DNA of 64,000 bases from assembly GCA_037447435.1 (NCBI GenBank), contig JBBIGR010000025.1, forward strand, positions 1 through 64,000, in the 5' to 3' direction. The translations under genes and the position numbers were made by a program. The notes beneath the pieces are model-generated. The model made no database searches and was not told the origin of the DNA. It saw nothing but the letters and a program-made list of their open reading frames with translations. This stretch comes from Fibrobacteria bacterium (GTDB lineage Bacteria > Fibrobacterota > Chitinivibrionia > Chitinivibrionales > FEN-1185). Positions 49,726 through 59,255 of the stretch are shown one piece after another; the first letter of the stretch is position 1; every line of letters begins with the position of its first letter.

Positions 49726-51735
49726 GTGAGCCATCATTTAAGCACTTGTACGTTCTGCGGTGTCGGCTGCGGGCTATTTTTAGAGTCGCAAAATAATGAA
49801 ATTACGGGCGTTTACCCCAGCATGTCGCATCCTGCCAATCACGGACGCTTATGCGTTCGCGGTTGGCATGTGCATGAAGTCGCCAGTTCGCCCGACCGGT
49901 TGCGCACTCCGCTTCTTCGCAAAAACGGCGAACTTGTTCCCGTGTCGTTTAACGAAGCATATGATGCGATAGCGGAAAACCTTTCGGTCATCAAGCGCAA
50001 ATACGGACCGGATGCCATAGGCTTTTTGGATTCCGCCCGCGTATCGAACGAAGACGGGTATATTTTGCAAAAATTCGCCCGCAGTATCATCGGGACGAAC
50101 AACGTAGATCAAGGCACCAGCTTTTACCGTACGACAACAGTCAACGTCCTTCGTGAAATGCTCGGCATTGCGGCAGCAACGAATCCTCTCGAAGATGTTT
50201 TTGCCAGTAAAGCCATACTACTCAATGAAATCGACATCGGCCAGCAATTGCCCACTCTGGGCGGCGCAATCATTCGCGCTCATCTTTCGGGGACTAAACT
50301 TATCGTCGTCGGGTCCCGAAGGCACCGCGTGACCGAACATGCGGACATATTCCTTAATATCAAGCCCGGTACCGAACTGTTCCTGTATGCCGCAATGGCC
50401 AAAATCATCGTAGACCGCGGCCTCATGGATCTTGAGTTTGTACGAAACCGCTGTAAAGGCTATGAGAATTTTCTGCAAAACATCCAATCGTTCGATATTT
50501 TGCATGCCGCACACCGGTGCGACGTAGCGCCCGCGCTGATCGAGCAAGCGGTTCTTATGTATTGCCAAAACAGCCCCGGCATGCTCTTATACCCTTCGGC
50601 GACCGCAGACATCGGCGAAGATGCATTGTCGGCAATGGTCAATTTGGTATTGCTCAGCGGCAACCTTGGGAAAAAGGGCGCGGGAATAATTCCGCTTTCG
50701 GAACACAACAATGCTCAGGGCGGATGCGACATGGGCGTCATGCCCTGTTGTTTGCCCGGGTACGTGAAAGTGACCGATGCGACCAAGCGTCTCGCAATCG
50801 AAAAGCGCTGGAACGCCGCAATACCGCAAAGTCAAGGAAGGGATGCGGCGGAAATACTTGATTCGCTGTCTCCCGTCAAGGCGTTGTGGCTCGACAGGCA
50901 CAACCCCGTTGTTTCGGCATCGTACAAAGACGCCGTCGAACAAATCAAAAAAATGGAATTTGTCGTTTTACAGAATTTGTTCCTCACGAAAACGGCCCAA
51001 TTCGCGCACGTGGTTCTGCCTGTAGCCGCCTACGGCGAAGAGGAAGTAACCTTTACAAGTACGGAACGGCGCGTTCAGTTGGCGGTTAAAGCGATAGAGC
51101 CGCCTCAGGGTTTCGTTTCCGCCTGGCAACAGGTCGTCGAGGTCGCAAACCGCATGGGCGCGAAATGGGAGTACGCATCTTCACGAAACGTATTGGCCGA
51201 AATAGCCGACGTCGTACCCGATTACAGCGGTATTTCTGCAGAAAATTTATGCCGCGATTACGGCCGGCAATGGCCGTGCACGCAAGATCTTCCGCTCGGC
51301 ACGCCGGTGCTTTTTACTGAAAGTAAAGGAAGTCGTTTATTCTCGTTTGCCACCGTGTCGATGACCCCTCCCGCAGCGACCGTTAACGGTGATTTCCCGT
51401 TCGCACTTACCTTTGGCCATTCGCTGTATTATTGGCATCAAAACACGCTCGTTCGGCACAGCGAGACGCTCAAGCGCGAATACGGAATACTTCTTTTGGA
51501 TTACCCGGAAGGATTTGTAGAAATCAACGATGAAGACGCGAAGGTCTTGACGATACGCGACAACCAGAAAATAAAGCTTGTTTCGCCCCAAGGATCGGCG
51601 CAAACGGTTGCGCGCGTCACCTCCGAAGTCAGAAAAGGAAGCATTTTCATCCCATTCTTTTTACAGGACGTGATGAAAACAATCGGCAAGGATAACGTGA
51701 AAAACACTTTTGTGCGGATCGAGAAGGCAGGTTGA
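49726..51735 (+). CDS. Formate dehydrogenase alpha (FdhF)-like molybdopterin-oxidoreductase-fold protein lacking catalytic residues
   Basis: GTG after AAGGAG; CTFCGVGC...LC [4Fe-4S] motif; QKFAR...GTNNVD, NNAQGGCDMG, FTSTERRVQ FdhF motifs; the Sec/Cys-His position reads Tyr-Arg. Confidence 0.85.
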   Translation: MSHHLSTCTFCGVGCGLFLESQNNEITGVYPSMSHPANHGRLCVRGWHVHEVASSPDRLRTPLLRKNGELVPVSFNEAYDAIAENLSVIKRKYGPDAIGFLDSARVSNEDGYILQKFARSIIGTNNVDQGTSFYRTTTVNVLREMLGIAAATNPLEDVFASKAILLNEIDIGQQLPTLGGAIIRAHLSGTKLIVVGSRRHRVTEHADIFLNIKPGTELFLYAAMAKIIVDRGLMDLEFVRNRCKGYENFLQNIQSFDILHAAHRCDVAPALIEQAVLMYCQNSPGMLLYPSATADIGEDALSAMVNLVLLSGNLGKKGAGIIPLSEHNNAQGGCDMGVMPCCLPGYVKVTDATKRLAIEKRWNAAIPQSQGRDAAEILDSLSPVKALWLDRHNPVVSASYKDAVEQIKKMEFVVLQNLFLTKTAQFAHVVLPVAAYGEEEVTFTSTERRVQLAVKAIEPPQGFVSAWQQVVEVANRMGAKWEYASSRNVLAEIADVVPDYSGISAENLCRDYGRQWPCTQDLPLGTPVLFTESKGSRLFSFATVSMTPPAATVNGDFPFALTFGHSLYYWHQNTLVRHSETLKREYGILLLDYPEGFVEINDEDAKVLTIRDNQKIKLVSPQGSAQTVARVTSEVRKGSIFIPFFLQDVMKTIGKDNVKNTFVRIEKAG

Positions 51736-51736
51736 T

Positions 51737-52825
51737 ATGCGCGGACGTCTGATCCATAAAAACGACCTCATCAAAATCGTCGAAGCGCTTATGAAAACGC
51801 ATCGAGTCGTGGCCCCTTTTGCCGGACGCGGGCGCGACAGTTATTTCGACGTCGTAAACAACGAAAACAAAAACAGCATCGCGATACATGTCGCAAACCC
51901 GTATTACCCGCCTAAGCGATACGTGTTTCCGCATATGCATAAGCTCATGACGATCGAAGCCGGGGCCTCTCCCACGGTCGAAACTAATTGCGTTGAGGAA
52001 AAAGTCGCGGTTTTCGGCATGCGGTCTTGCGATGTGGAAGGCATTTTCCATTTGGACCGGTTCTATCTGGGCAATGCGTTTAGGGACCCCTACTACGAGG
52101 AATTCCGAAAAAATTTATTTATTGTCAACATGGTCTGTACCGACACGAAAACCGATGTCGACGACGATTGTTTCTGCGTCTGCGCGGACGCGGGCACTGC
52201 CGCAAAAGCCCATTTTGATTTGCAGCTTATTGATTTGCACGATGAAAGCGGCGATTTTTTGGCAGTTGCCGGATCTATCGGCGGCGAAGAGTTGCTAGCG
52301 CAGCCTTTTTTCCATCAAGCAACCCCAGCGCATGTCGCCCGCAGGAAAAGCGTACTTGCCGAAGTTCGCAAACGGTTCAAAACCGCGACAGGCTGGTATT
52401 CCGCAGTCACCAAATACATCACCCGCGGCGGCGAAATAAAAGACCAAACCTGGAAAAAGATCGGCGACCGTTGTCTTGAATGCGGTGCATGCAGCTATGT
52501 ATGCCCGGCCTGCACCTGTTTTACCGTAACCGACAGACCAGCGGGCGACAATACGTTTAATCGCGTCCGTGTATGGGACGCCTGCGCCTTGTCGGGGTTC
52601 ACCCGCATGGCGGGCGGCCACAATCCTCGCCGCGCCGTGCATGACAGACGCAACAGACGTTTCTTCCGTAAATTGAGCCATTATTTCATACAGCGCGAAT
52701 TCACCATGGCATGCGTTGGCTGCGGACGATGCGTTCGAGTTTGTCATGGCGATATCGGCATGCCTGCAGTTGTTGAAATCCTACGGCGGGACACTGCCGC
52801 TCTTTTGCAACAGGAGAAAGCATGA
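51737..52825 (+). CDS. AsrA/sulfhydrogenase-beta-like 2x[4Fe-4S] subunit
   Basis: PPKRYVFP, FGMRSCD, DPYY, CLECGACSYVCPACTCF, R.WDAC...FTRMAGGHNPR, CVGCGRCVRVC. Confidence 0.85.
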   Translation: MRGRLIHKNDLIKIVEALMKTHRVVAPFAGRGRDSYFDVVNNENKNSIAIHVANPYYPPKRYVFPHMHKLMTIEAGASPTVETNCVEEKVAVFGMRSCDVEGIFHLDRFYLGNAFRDPYYEEFRKNLFIVNMVCTDTKTDVDDDCFCVCADAGTAAKAHFDLQLIDLHDESGDFLAVAGSIGGEELLAQPFFHQATPAHVARRKSVLAEVRKRFKTATGWYSAVTKYITRGGEIKDQTWKKIGDRCLECGACSYVCPACTCFTVTDRPAGDNTFNRVRVWDACALSGFTRMAGGHNPRRAVHDRRNRRFFRKLSHYFIQREFTMACVGCGRCVRVCHGDIGMPAVVEILRRDTAALLQQEKA

Positions 52826-53667
52826 GCTGCAAAAACGGGAACATTTACGAACCGTCGATTGTCGTGCTCGACGAAATTCGCGATGAAATCAAAGACGTAA
52901 AAACGTTTTTCTTTCATTTTGACGATCATGACAAAGAAACCCAATTTCGTACATTCATGCCGGGGCAGTTTGCCATGGTATCGATTTTCGGTGCCGGCGA
53001 AATTGCAATATCGCTGCCGCCGAGCCCCACTGAAGACCGGCTTTTCTTTACAACCCGTAAAGTAGGCAGCGTCACCAATGCGATGCATTCGCTTAAGGTC
53101 GGAGACAAATTCGGCGTACGCGGGCCTTACGGCAACGGTTTTCCTATGAAGCAATATGAAGGCCGGAACCTCATCATCGTTGCGGGCGGCATCGGGCTTA
53201 TCCCGTTGCGGTCGGTCATCATCTACGCGCTCCACAACAGGAGCAAATTCGGGAAAATTCAGGTTTTTTACGGTTCGAGGACCCCGAGCGATCTAATGTA
53301 CACGGAAAACCTTTCCCAATGGCAAGAGGACAAAGGATTCGAATGTTATTTGACGGTGGATAAAGCGGACGATTCCTGGAAACGAAATGTCGGCGTTGTC
53401 GGAAGTTTGTTCAAATTGCCCGGCGTTGAAATGCCCGTGAACAATACGACCGTCTTCGTTTGCGGTCCGCCTATCATGTTCCGCTTCGTCCTTGCCGACT
53501 TGCTCAACATGGGATTTAAAGACCAAAACATGGTTTCGACCTTGGAGCGGTACATGAAATGCGGCGTGGGCAAATGCGGCCATTGCTGCATCGGTGTTGC
53601 GTACGTTTGCACCGACGGACCGGTATTCACCCTTGAACAGATCCGAAAGCTCGGCGAAGTGATATGA
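52822..53667 (+). CDS. AsrB/sulfhydrogenase-gamma-like FAD/NAD(P)-binding [2Fe-2S] subunit
   Basis: PGQFAM, RGPYGNGFP, AGGIGLIPLR, CGPPIM, LERYMKCGVGKCGHC...C.DGPVF; ATGA overlap with the previous gene. Confidence 0.9.
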   Translation: MSCKNGNIYEPSIVVLDEIRDEIKDVKTFFFHFDDHDKETQFRTFMPGQFAMVSIFGAGEIAISLPPSPTEDRLFFTTRKVGSVTNAMHSLKVGDKFGVRGPYGNGFPMKQYEGRNLIIVAGGIGLIPLRSVIIYALHNRSKFGKIQVFYGSRTPSDLMYTENLSQWQEDKGFECYLTVDKADDSWKRNVGVVGSLFKLPGVEMPVNNTTVFVCGPPIMFRFVLADLLNMGFKDQNMVSTLERYMKCGVGKCGHCCIGVAYVCTDGPVFTLEQIRKLGEVI

Positions 53668-54182
53668 CAGACGATATTTGTTTGGCTCTTGGAAAAATAT
53701 GCGCGGGCAAAACCGCGTTTTGCGCAATCGGCAACTCCGACCGCGCCGACGACGGGGCCGGCATGGTACTTGGTACCCTTTTAGAGCGGGCTGGCGTTGA
53801 CAATGTATTTTTCGGCGGCATGACCCCGGAAAAAGTCCTGCCAACGATACGCGACAAAGGCTTCGACTCGATAGTTTTTCTTGACGCAGTGGAAATCGGC
53901 GCAGAAGCGGGGGCATTCGCGTTTTTGGATGCCATGCAAATCGTTTCGATGTTTCCCCAGGTTTCCACGCATAAAATGTCTTTGGCAACCCTTGCCGCAA
54001 TCGTACGCGATACGACGCAGTCGCAAGTCTGGCTTATCGGCATTCAGCCGCAATCCATTGCAATAAGCAGCTCCGGCATAAGCACCGGAGTCTTTAACAC
54101 TATAGAAATGCTGTCGCGTTGCATTGCAGACACCCTGACCGCAATGCCTTCTGCGACGAATAAGGAATACGTATGCAAATGA
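53664..54182 (+). CDS. hycI: Hydrogenase maturation endopeptidase (HycI-like)
   Basis: IGN.DRADDGAG, TPE, DAV, STH, IGIQP motifs; ATGA overlap. Confidence 0.85.
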   Translation: MTDDICLALGKICAGKTAFCAIGNSDRADDGAGMVLGTLLERAGVDNVFFGGMTPEKVLPTIRDKGFDSIVFLDAVEIGAEAGAFAFLDAMQIVSMFPQVSTHKMSLATLAAIVRDTTQSQVWLIGIQPQSIAISSSGISTGVFNTIEMLSRCIADTLTAMPSATNKEYVCK

Positions 54183-56053
54183 ACCCGCTCGGCATTATTC
54201 ATACCGCCATGCTATTACTCATGGCAGGATCCGTTCTGGTATTATTATTATCCGGCAATAGAAAATTGGCCGGATGGGTGACGTTCATCATTACCCTTGC
54301 TGCAAGTACGGCTACGCTGTGCGCATCGGTCTCGGTGATTTTAAGCGGTCCGTGCGAACCCGTGATCATCAAAGCCTTTTCCCTGTGGGGTTCGACACTG
54401 CGGTTTTACGTTGACGGACTTGGCGCGGTGTTTTTGGCCCTTATTTCCATTGTGTCCACAATGGCCGCATTGTATTCGATTTCCTATATGGACCATTACC
54501 CCGATTATCATTTGGGAAGATATTATCCCTGGTTTCTTTTGTTCATTGCCGGCATGTACGGCATTGTGACCGTTACGGACACCATGGTGTTTTTCTGCGT
54601 TTTCTGGCAGCTTATGACCATTCCCTCGTTTGCGCTTATCCGTTTCGAATATAAAAAGCCCGAAAACGTCAAGGCCGCAAATAAATACCTTATTATAATG
54701 GAAATCGCCTGTCTGCTTATCATGGCAGGATCCGCGGTGCTTGTTTACACCGGACATATTCCTGAACGTATGGCGGGATTGCCGCGATTCGACTTTGACA
54801 CGTTGCGTAATCAGATCCTTTCGGAAGGAATGCATCCCCACGCACTTTTCCCGGCATTGCTTCTCATGCTCATAGGCTTCGGCATTAAAGCCGGTATTTG
54901 GCCGTTCGGGCTTGCCTGGCTCCCTGATGCACATCCGGCGGCGCCGTCGCCGGTAAGCGCGTTACTTTCGGGCGTCATGATAAAAACCGGCATTTACGGA
55001 TTGATACGGACGTTTTTCTGGCTTGTTCCCAATGCGTCGGTGCGCGGTTTTTCTCCGGCTTTTTGGGGCGGTCTGTTGGCAATTGTCGGAACGGTTACTT
55101 TGGTCGTGGGGACATTCCAGGCCTTGAAACAGGAACAAACCAAAAGGCTGTTGGCTTTTCATAGCATCGGTCAAGTCGGCTATATCGTTTTAGGCCTCGG
55201 TGCAAGCCTCATGTTGCTTCCGCTCGGACCTGTTGCCGGAACGCTGGCGACAATCGCATTGCTGGGCGCATTATTTCACACAATCAACCATGCGCTGTTT
55301 AAAAGCCTGTTGTTTTTCAATGCCGGCACCATTCTGAAAGCAACGCATACGCAAGACTTAAACAAACTCGGCGGCCTCATGCAATTCATGCCGCTGACCG
55401 CAGTCACCTGTCTGATCGCCTCATTTTCCATAGCCGGTGTTCCGCTGTTCAACGGTTTTGCCAGCAAATGGAGTATTTACACGGCGACAATTTTAGGCGG
55501 TAAACATGCGGGAATCCTTGCGCTGTGCGGACTCTTCGGCATTTTGACAAGCGCGCTCACACTGGCCTCGTTTATGAAATTTTTCGGCATGACTTTTTTA
55601 TCGAGACCAAGCACACTTGTAAAGAAACAAACGGAAAACGGCAAGATCGTCGAGGCCGGAGCGCTTATGCAAATACCCCAGGTCGTTCTTGCTTTTGTTT
55701 GTGTTATTTTAGGCCTTGTTCCGGGTTTTGCCTACTTGTTTTTAGACAAGGCCATTGCATCGGGCCCGGCAGGAGTTTCGCAATTCCTTCCCCGATTGCA
55801 CGTTGAGGCAAATACCCTTTTTGCAGGAATTTCGATCGGCAATGGCGCCGCGTTGTTCGTCCCGCTTGCGATAGCAGGGTCGATCCTGTTGCTCTTTGCA
55901 TTGGCATTCCTTATTTCAAAGTTGGGCAATGCGACCCGCAAAACCGGCGACGTCTGGTTGTGCGGTTACGATGCCGAAGCCGACATTCATCGCTATGGCG
56001 CGCATAATTTATATGGCGAAGTCAAACATTTATTCAGCCAAAAACACAAATAG
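54173..56053 (+). CDS. hycC: Hydrogenase membrane antiporter-like subunit (HycC/HyfB, NuoL/M/N family)
   Basis: Many TMs; GFGIKAG, WLPDAHPAAPSPVSALLSGVMIK, KRLLAFHS, NHALFKSLLF, PLFNGFASKW. Confidence 0.88.
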   Translation: MQMNPLGIIHTAMLLLMAGSVLVLLLSGNRKLAGWVTFIITLAASTATLCASVSVILSGPCEPVIIKAFSLWGSTLRFYVDGLGAVFLALISIVSTMAALYSISYMDHYPDYHLGRYYPWFLLFIAGMYGIVTVTDTMVFFCVFWQLMTIPSFALIRFEYKKPENVKAANKYLIIMEIACLLIMAGSAVLVYTGHIPERMAGLPRFDFDTLRNQILSEGMHPHALFPALLLMLIGFGIKAGIWPFGLAWLPDAHPAAPSPVSALLSGVMIKTGIYGLIRTFFWLVPNASVRGFSPAFWGGLLAIVGTVTLVVGTFQALKQEQTKRLLAFHSIGQVGYIVLGLGASLMLLPLGPVAGTLATIALLGALFHTINHALFKSLLFFNAGTILKATHTQDLNKLGGLMQFMPLTAVTCLIASFSIAGVPLFNGFASKWSIYTATILGGKHAGILALCGLFGILTSALTLASFMKFFGMTFLSRPSTLVKKQTENGKIVEAGALMQIPQVVLAFVCVILGLVPGFAYLFLDKAIASGPAGVSQFLPRLHVEANTLFAGISIGNGAALFVPLAIAGSILLLFALAFLISKLGNATRKTGDVWLCGYDAEADIHRYGAHNLYGEVKHLFSQKHK

Positions 56054-56065
56054 GAAACCGTATTC

Positions 56066-57760
56066 ATGAAAGCCCGTGAAATTGTTGACCAAATAGACAA
56101 GCGTTTTGCCGGCGCAGTGGTGAGAACGGATATTCCGCGAGACAACCGGCTTATCGTATACATCAACCGCGAGTCTCTTCGGGAAGTCGCGAATTACATT
56201 TTCCGGGAATGCGATGCGCGATATTGCGTTGGTATCGGCATCGACGACCGGGATGTTTCGGGCGGGTACCTCGTATCGCACGACTTCGCATTCGACAAGG
56301 GCAACGTGCTTCTCAGCCTTATGGTTCCCATGCCGGAAACAGACCCGACGCTGCCGAGCATTTCGGACCTCATCCCGGCCGCGGGATGGAGCGAACGCGA
56401 AATGCGGGACCTCGTCGGCATCACGCCGACGGGAATGGTAAATCCCAAACGGCTCGTTTTATCGGACGGATGGCCCGAAAACCTTCATCCGCTCCGTAAA
56501 GATGTCCCCTGGAACATCAAACCCAAAGATTATGATCCGACAAAAACATATCCCTTCGACGCAGCGCCGCCCAATACGACGGTCGTGCCGTTCGGGCCGT
56601 TCCACCCCACTCTTGACGAACCAGAACATTTCAGACTGTTCGTCGAAGGCGAAGTCATACGCGGCTGCGAATACCGCGGGTTTATGGTGCACAGAGGCAT
56701 CGAAAAACTTGCCGACTCGGTAATGACCTATAATGAAATTCCCATGCTTGCAGAGCGAATCTGCGGAATTTGCGGCTGCGTGCATGCGGTCACCTATGCC
56801 CAGGCGGTCGAACAGGCGGCTGCAATAACGCCGGCGCCCCGTTCGGAATTCATCCGCACCATCATGCTTGAAATAGAACGACTGCACAGTCATATGCTAT
56901 GGGTGGGATTAGCTTCGCACATCCTTGGATTCGATACGCTTTTCATGCAGGCTTTCCGCATTCGCGAACCCATCATGTGGATATCGGAAAAAATCACCGG
57001 CAACAGAAAGACGTACGCGTTGTGCCTGATCGGCGGTGTCCGCTGGGACATTACGCCCGAGCTGAAAGCCGAGCTCAACGCGGTGCTTAACAAACTCGAA
57101 AAAGAATGGACCGGCGCCTATAACGCCATTAAAGGCGATAAAAACATACAGGCCCGTACGCGCGGCATCGGCGTTGCGGACAAGCAACTTGTCAAGGACC
57201 TGGGGCTTTTGGGCCCAATCGCACGATCCGCGGGCGTTGCGATCGACGCACGCCGCGATCATCCGTACGCCGCGTATGACAAAGTGGAATTCGACGTCGT
57301 GACCGCCGACACCGCCGATGTGTGGGGCCGGATCGTGGTCCGCACGCTCGAGGTGTTCGAATCGATTCGCATAATCCGTCAATGCCTGAACATCATGCCC
57401 GACGGCCCGATCGCATGCGAACCGCAAAGCGAATTGCCCAGCCACCGCATCGGCCTATCGTCGGTGGAGGCGCCGCGCGGAGAAGCGCATCATTTCGTGG
57501 TGACCGGCGAAAACAACAGGCCGCATCGCTGGCGCGTTCGCGCGCCGACGTATCAGAACCTTCAGGGAATTCCGGCAATGATCAAGGATCAGCGGCTTTC
57601 CGATATGACCATAACCTTAGGAAGCATCGATCCTTGTTTCTCCTGCACGGACCGAATGGAAATCGTGGACATAAAAACCGGCACAATGAAAATCTGGCAC
57701 CCGAAAAACGATATCGTCAATAAGAAGGACATAAAGGTCGTTGTGAGGAAACACGTATGA
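56066..57760 (+). CDS. hycE: Group 4 [NiFe]-hydrogenase large subunit (fused NuoC-NuoD type, HycE/HyfG)
   Basis: ERE..DL.G and HPLRKD (NuoC part); GPFHP...EP.HFRL..EGE, HRGIEK; intact Ni ligands RICGICG and DPCFSCTDR plus a cleavable C-terminal tail. Confidence 0.93.
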   Translation: MKAREIVDQIDKRFAGAVVRTDIPRDNRLIVYINRESLREVANYIFRECDARYCVGIGIDDRDVSGGYLVSHDFAFDKGNVLLSLMVPMPETDPTLPSISDLIPAAGWSEREMRDLVGITPTGMVNPKRLVLSDGWPENLHPLRKDVPWNIKPKDYDPTKTYPFDAAPPNTTVVPFGPFHPTLDEPEHFRLFVEGEVIRGCEYRGFMVHRGIEKLADSVMTYNEIPMLAERICGICGCVHAVTYAQAVEQAAAITPAPRSEFIRTIMLEIERLHSHMLWVGLASHILGFDTLFMQAFRIREPIMWISEKITGNRKTYALCLIGGVRWDITPELKAELNAVLNKLEKEWTGAYNAIKGDKNIQARTRGIGVADKQLVKDLGLLGPIARSAGVAIDARRDHPYAAYDKVEFDVVTADTADVWGRIVVRTLEVFESIRIIRQCLNIMPDGPIACEPQSELPSHRIGLSSVEAPRGEAHHFVVTGENNRPHRWRVRAPTYQNLQGIPAMIKDQRLSDMTITLGSIDPCFSCTDRMEIVDIKTGTMKIWHPKNDIVNKKDIKVVVRKHV

Positions 57761-58671
57761 CATCAATACTAACGATTCTGAGCGCACTATGCAACATAGC
57801 GCTTGCTTTGGTTTTGGCCCCGCTGTTTGAAGGCGTGGTACGGAAAATAACCGCAATTGTCCAGTCGCGTAAAGGGCCGCCCGTTTTTCAGCCTTATATG
57901 GACATAGCCAAATTGCTTATCAAGGACGATATCGAGGTCGGCAGCGTTCCGATTATGCAACGATTCAGCGCTTTGTTGTCTCTTTCCGTTATGCTTTGCG
58001 TGGTATTATTCGTGCCGATCACCGGGCACAGCCCGTTTTCGCGAAATGCGGATTCGATTCAAATGATTTATCTTTTGTCGCTTGCGGGCATCGCAGTCCT
58101 GCTTGCAGGGTTGTCTGCGGGGTCAACGTATTCCATTATCGGGATGAGCCGTGAAATGATGGCGATGATGACCCTTGAACCGCTGTTTGCCGTCACGGTT
58201 GTCATGGCTGCGGTAAAATCGGGTTCACTCCGCCTGGATGCGGTATTCTTCGGCGCCGTATATCAGGGCGGCATTTCTTCCGGCCTTTTGATGCTCGGAG
58301 TGATGTTATTCGCGTTGCAGGCGTTTGTGGGTCGTGCGCCGTTCGACGTCACCGAGGCTGAAACGGAAATCATGGAAGGACCGCTCATCGAGTATTCGGG
58401 GCCCAAACTCGCAATGTTTAAATATTCGCACATGATAAAACTCTTCGTGTACGCCGGACTGTTCACCGCGCTCTTTATTCCGCATATCGCAACCGGACTT
58501 CGAATTCTGGACGTTTTGATTTTTATCGCATGCCAAATCGGAATCGTCCTTTTGGTCACACTGGTTGCCGCGACGCATGCCCGTTATCGCATCGATCAGG
58601 TTGTTCGCTATTATGCAATGTTGTTTTTTGCAGCGATAGGATGCCTGTCGCTTTCTTTGTTCGGACTGTAA
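57757..58671 (+). CDS. hycD: Hydrogenase membrane subunit (HycD/HyfC, NuoH family)
   Basis: RK..A..QSRKGPP..QPY.DI.KL, SRE, PFDVTEAETEIMEGPLIEYSG. Confidence 0.9.
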   Translation: MTSILTILSALCNIALALVLAPLFEGVVRKITAIVQSRKGPPVFQPYMDIAKLLIKDDIEVGSVPIMQRFSALLSLSVMLCVVLFVPITGHSPFSRNADSIQMIYLLSLAGIAVLLAGLSAGSTYSIIGMSREMMAMMTLEPLFAVTVVMAAVKSGSLRLDAVFFGAVYQGGISSGLLMLGVMLFALQAFVGRAPFDVTEAETEIMEGPLIEYSGPKLAMFKYSHMIKLFVYAGLFTALFIPHIATGLRILDVLIFIACQIGIVLLVTLVAATHARYRIDQVVRYYAMLFFAAIGCLSLSLFGL

Positions 58672-58681
58672 GGAGACGACA

Positions 58682-59206
58682 ATGTCATTTGTAAGCAAGA
58701 TAAAGGAAGCAATATTGTGCCTGAGAGCCGGAAGAGTGACGCTTTCCTATCCGGTCGACCCCAAGCCGGTTCCGGAACGCTTTCGCGGACGGCCGGTATT
58801 TGATCCGCTCAAATGCGTCGGTTGCGCGGGATGCGCGAATAATTGTCCGGCCCGGGAAATCCTGATCACGGACAAATGCCAGGAAATACGTGTTGTCAAG
58901 TATATCGGCCGTCGCTGCACCTATTGCGGACGATGCGCCGATTTGTGCCCGGAAAAAGCGATCACCATGAGCAAGGAATACGAAAACGCCTCGGAAAACA
59001 TCCGCGATATTTCGCAGGACCTTGACATTTGGATGGGAACGTGCCAACGCTGCGGACGTTGCTTTAAAGCGGGCGGCGCATTGGACCAGCTTATGATGAA
59101 GGGATACCGCGAAGACGATTGCGAAGGGGAATTGTGGATATATAAATCAAGGGCATATCTTGACTCGGACAAAGTTACCGACGACATTGAAATAACCGTG
59201 GACTAG
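58682..59206 (+). CDS. hycF: Hydrogenase 2x[4Fe-4S] subunit (HycF/HyfH, NuoI family)
   Basis: T..YP, FRGRP, CVGCAGCANNCP, CTYCGRCADLCP, extra CQRC. Confidence 0.9.
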   Translation: MSFVSKIKEAILCLRAGRVTLSYPVDPKPVPERFRGRPVFDPLKCVGCAGCANNCPAREILITDKCQEIRVVKYIGRRCTYCGRCADLCPEKAITMSKEYENASENIRDISQDLDIWMGTCQRCGRCFKAGGALDQLMMKGYREDDCEGELWIYKSRAYLDSDKVTDDIEITVD

Positions 59207-59255
59207 CCTCATGCTTCGCATGGGGTAACATATATATTTGCTAACCGGAGTGCGC

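Noticed and set aside
50101..50200. Selenocysteine recoding or SECIS in the FdhF-like gene
   Set aside because: No in-frame TGA; the equivalent codon is TAC.
51737..53667. Anaerobic sulfite reductase AsrABC or soluble group 3b hydrogenase
   Set aside because: No siroheme AsrC gene, and the linked large subunit is the NuoCD-fused group 4 type.
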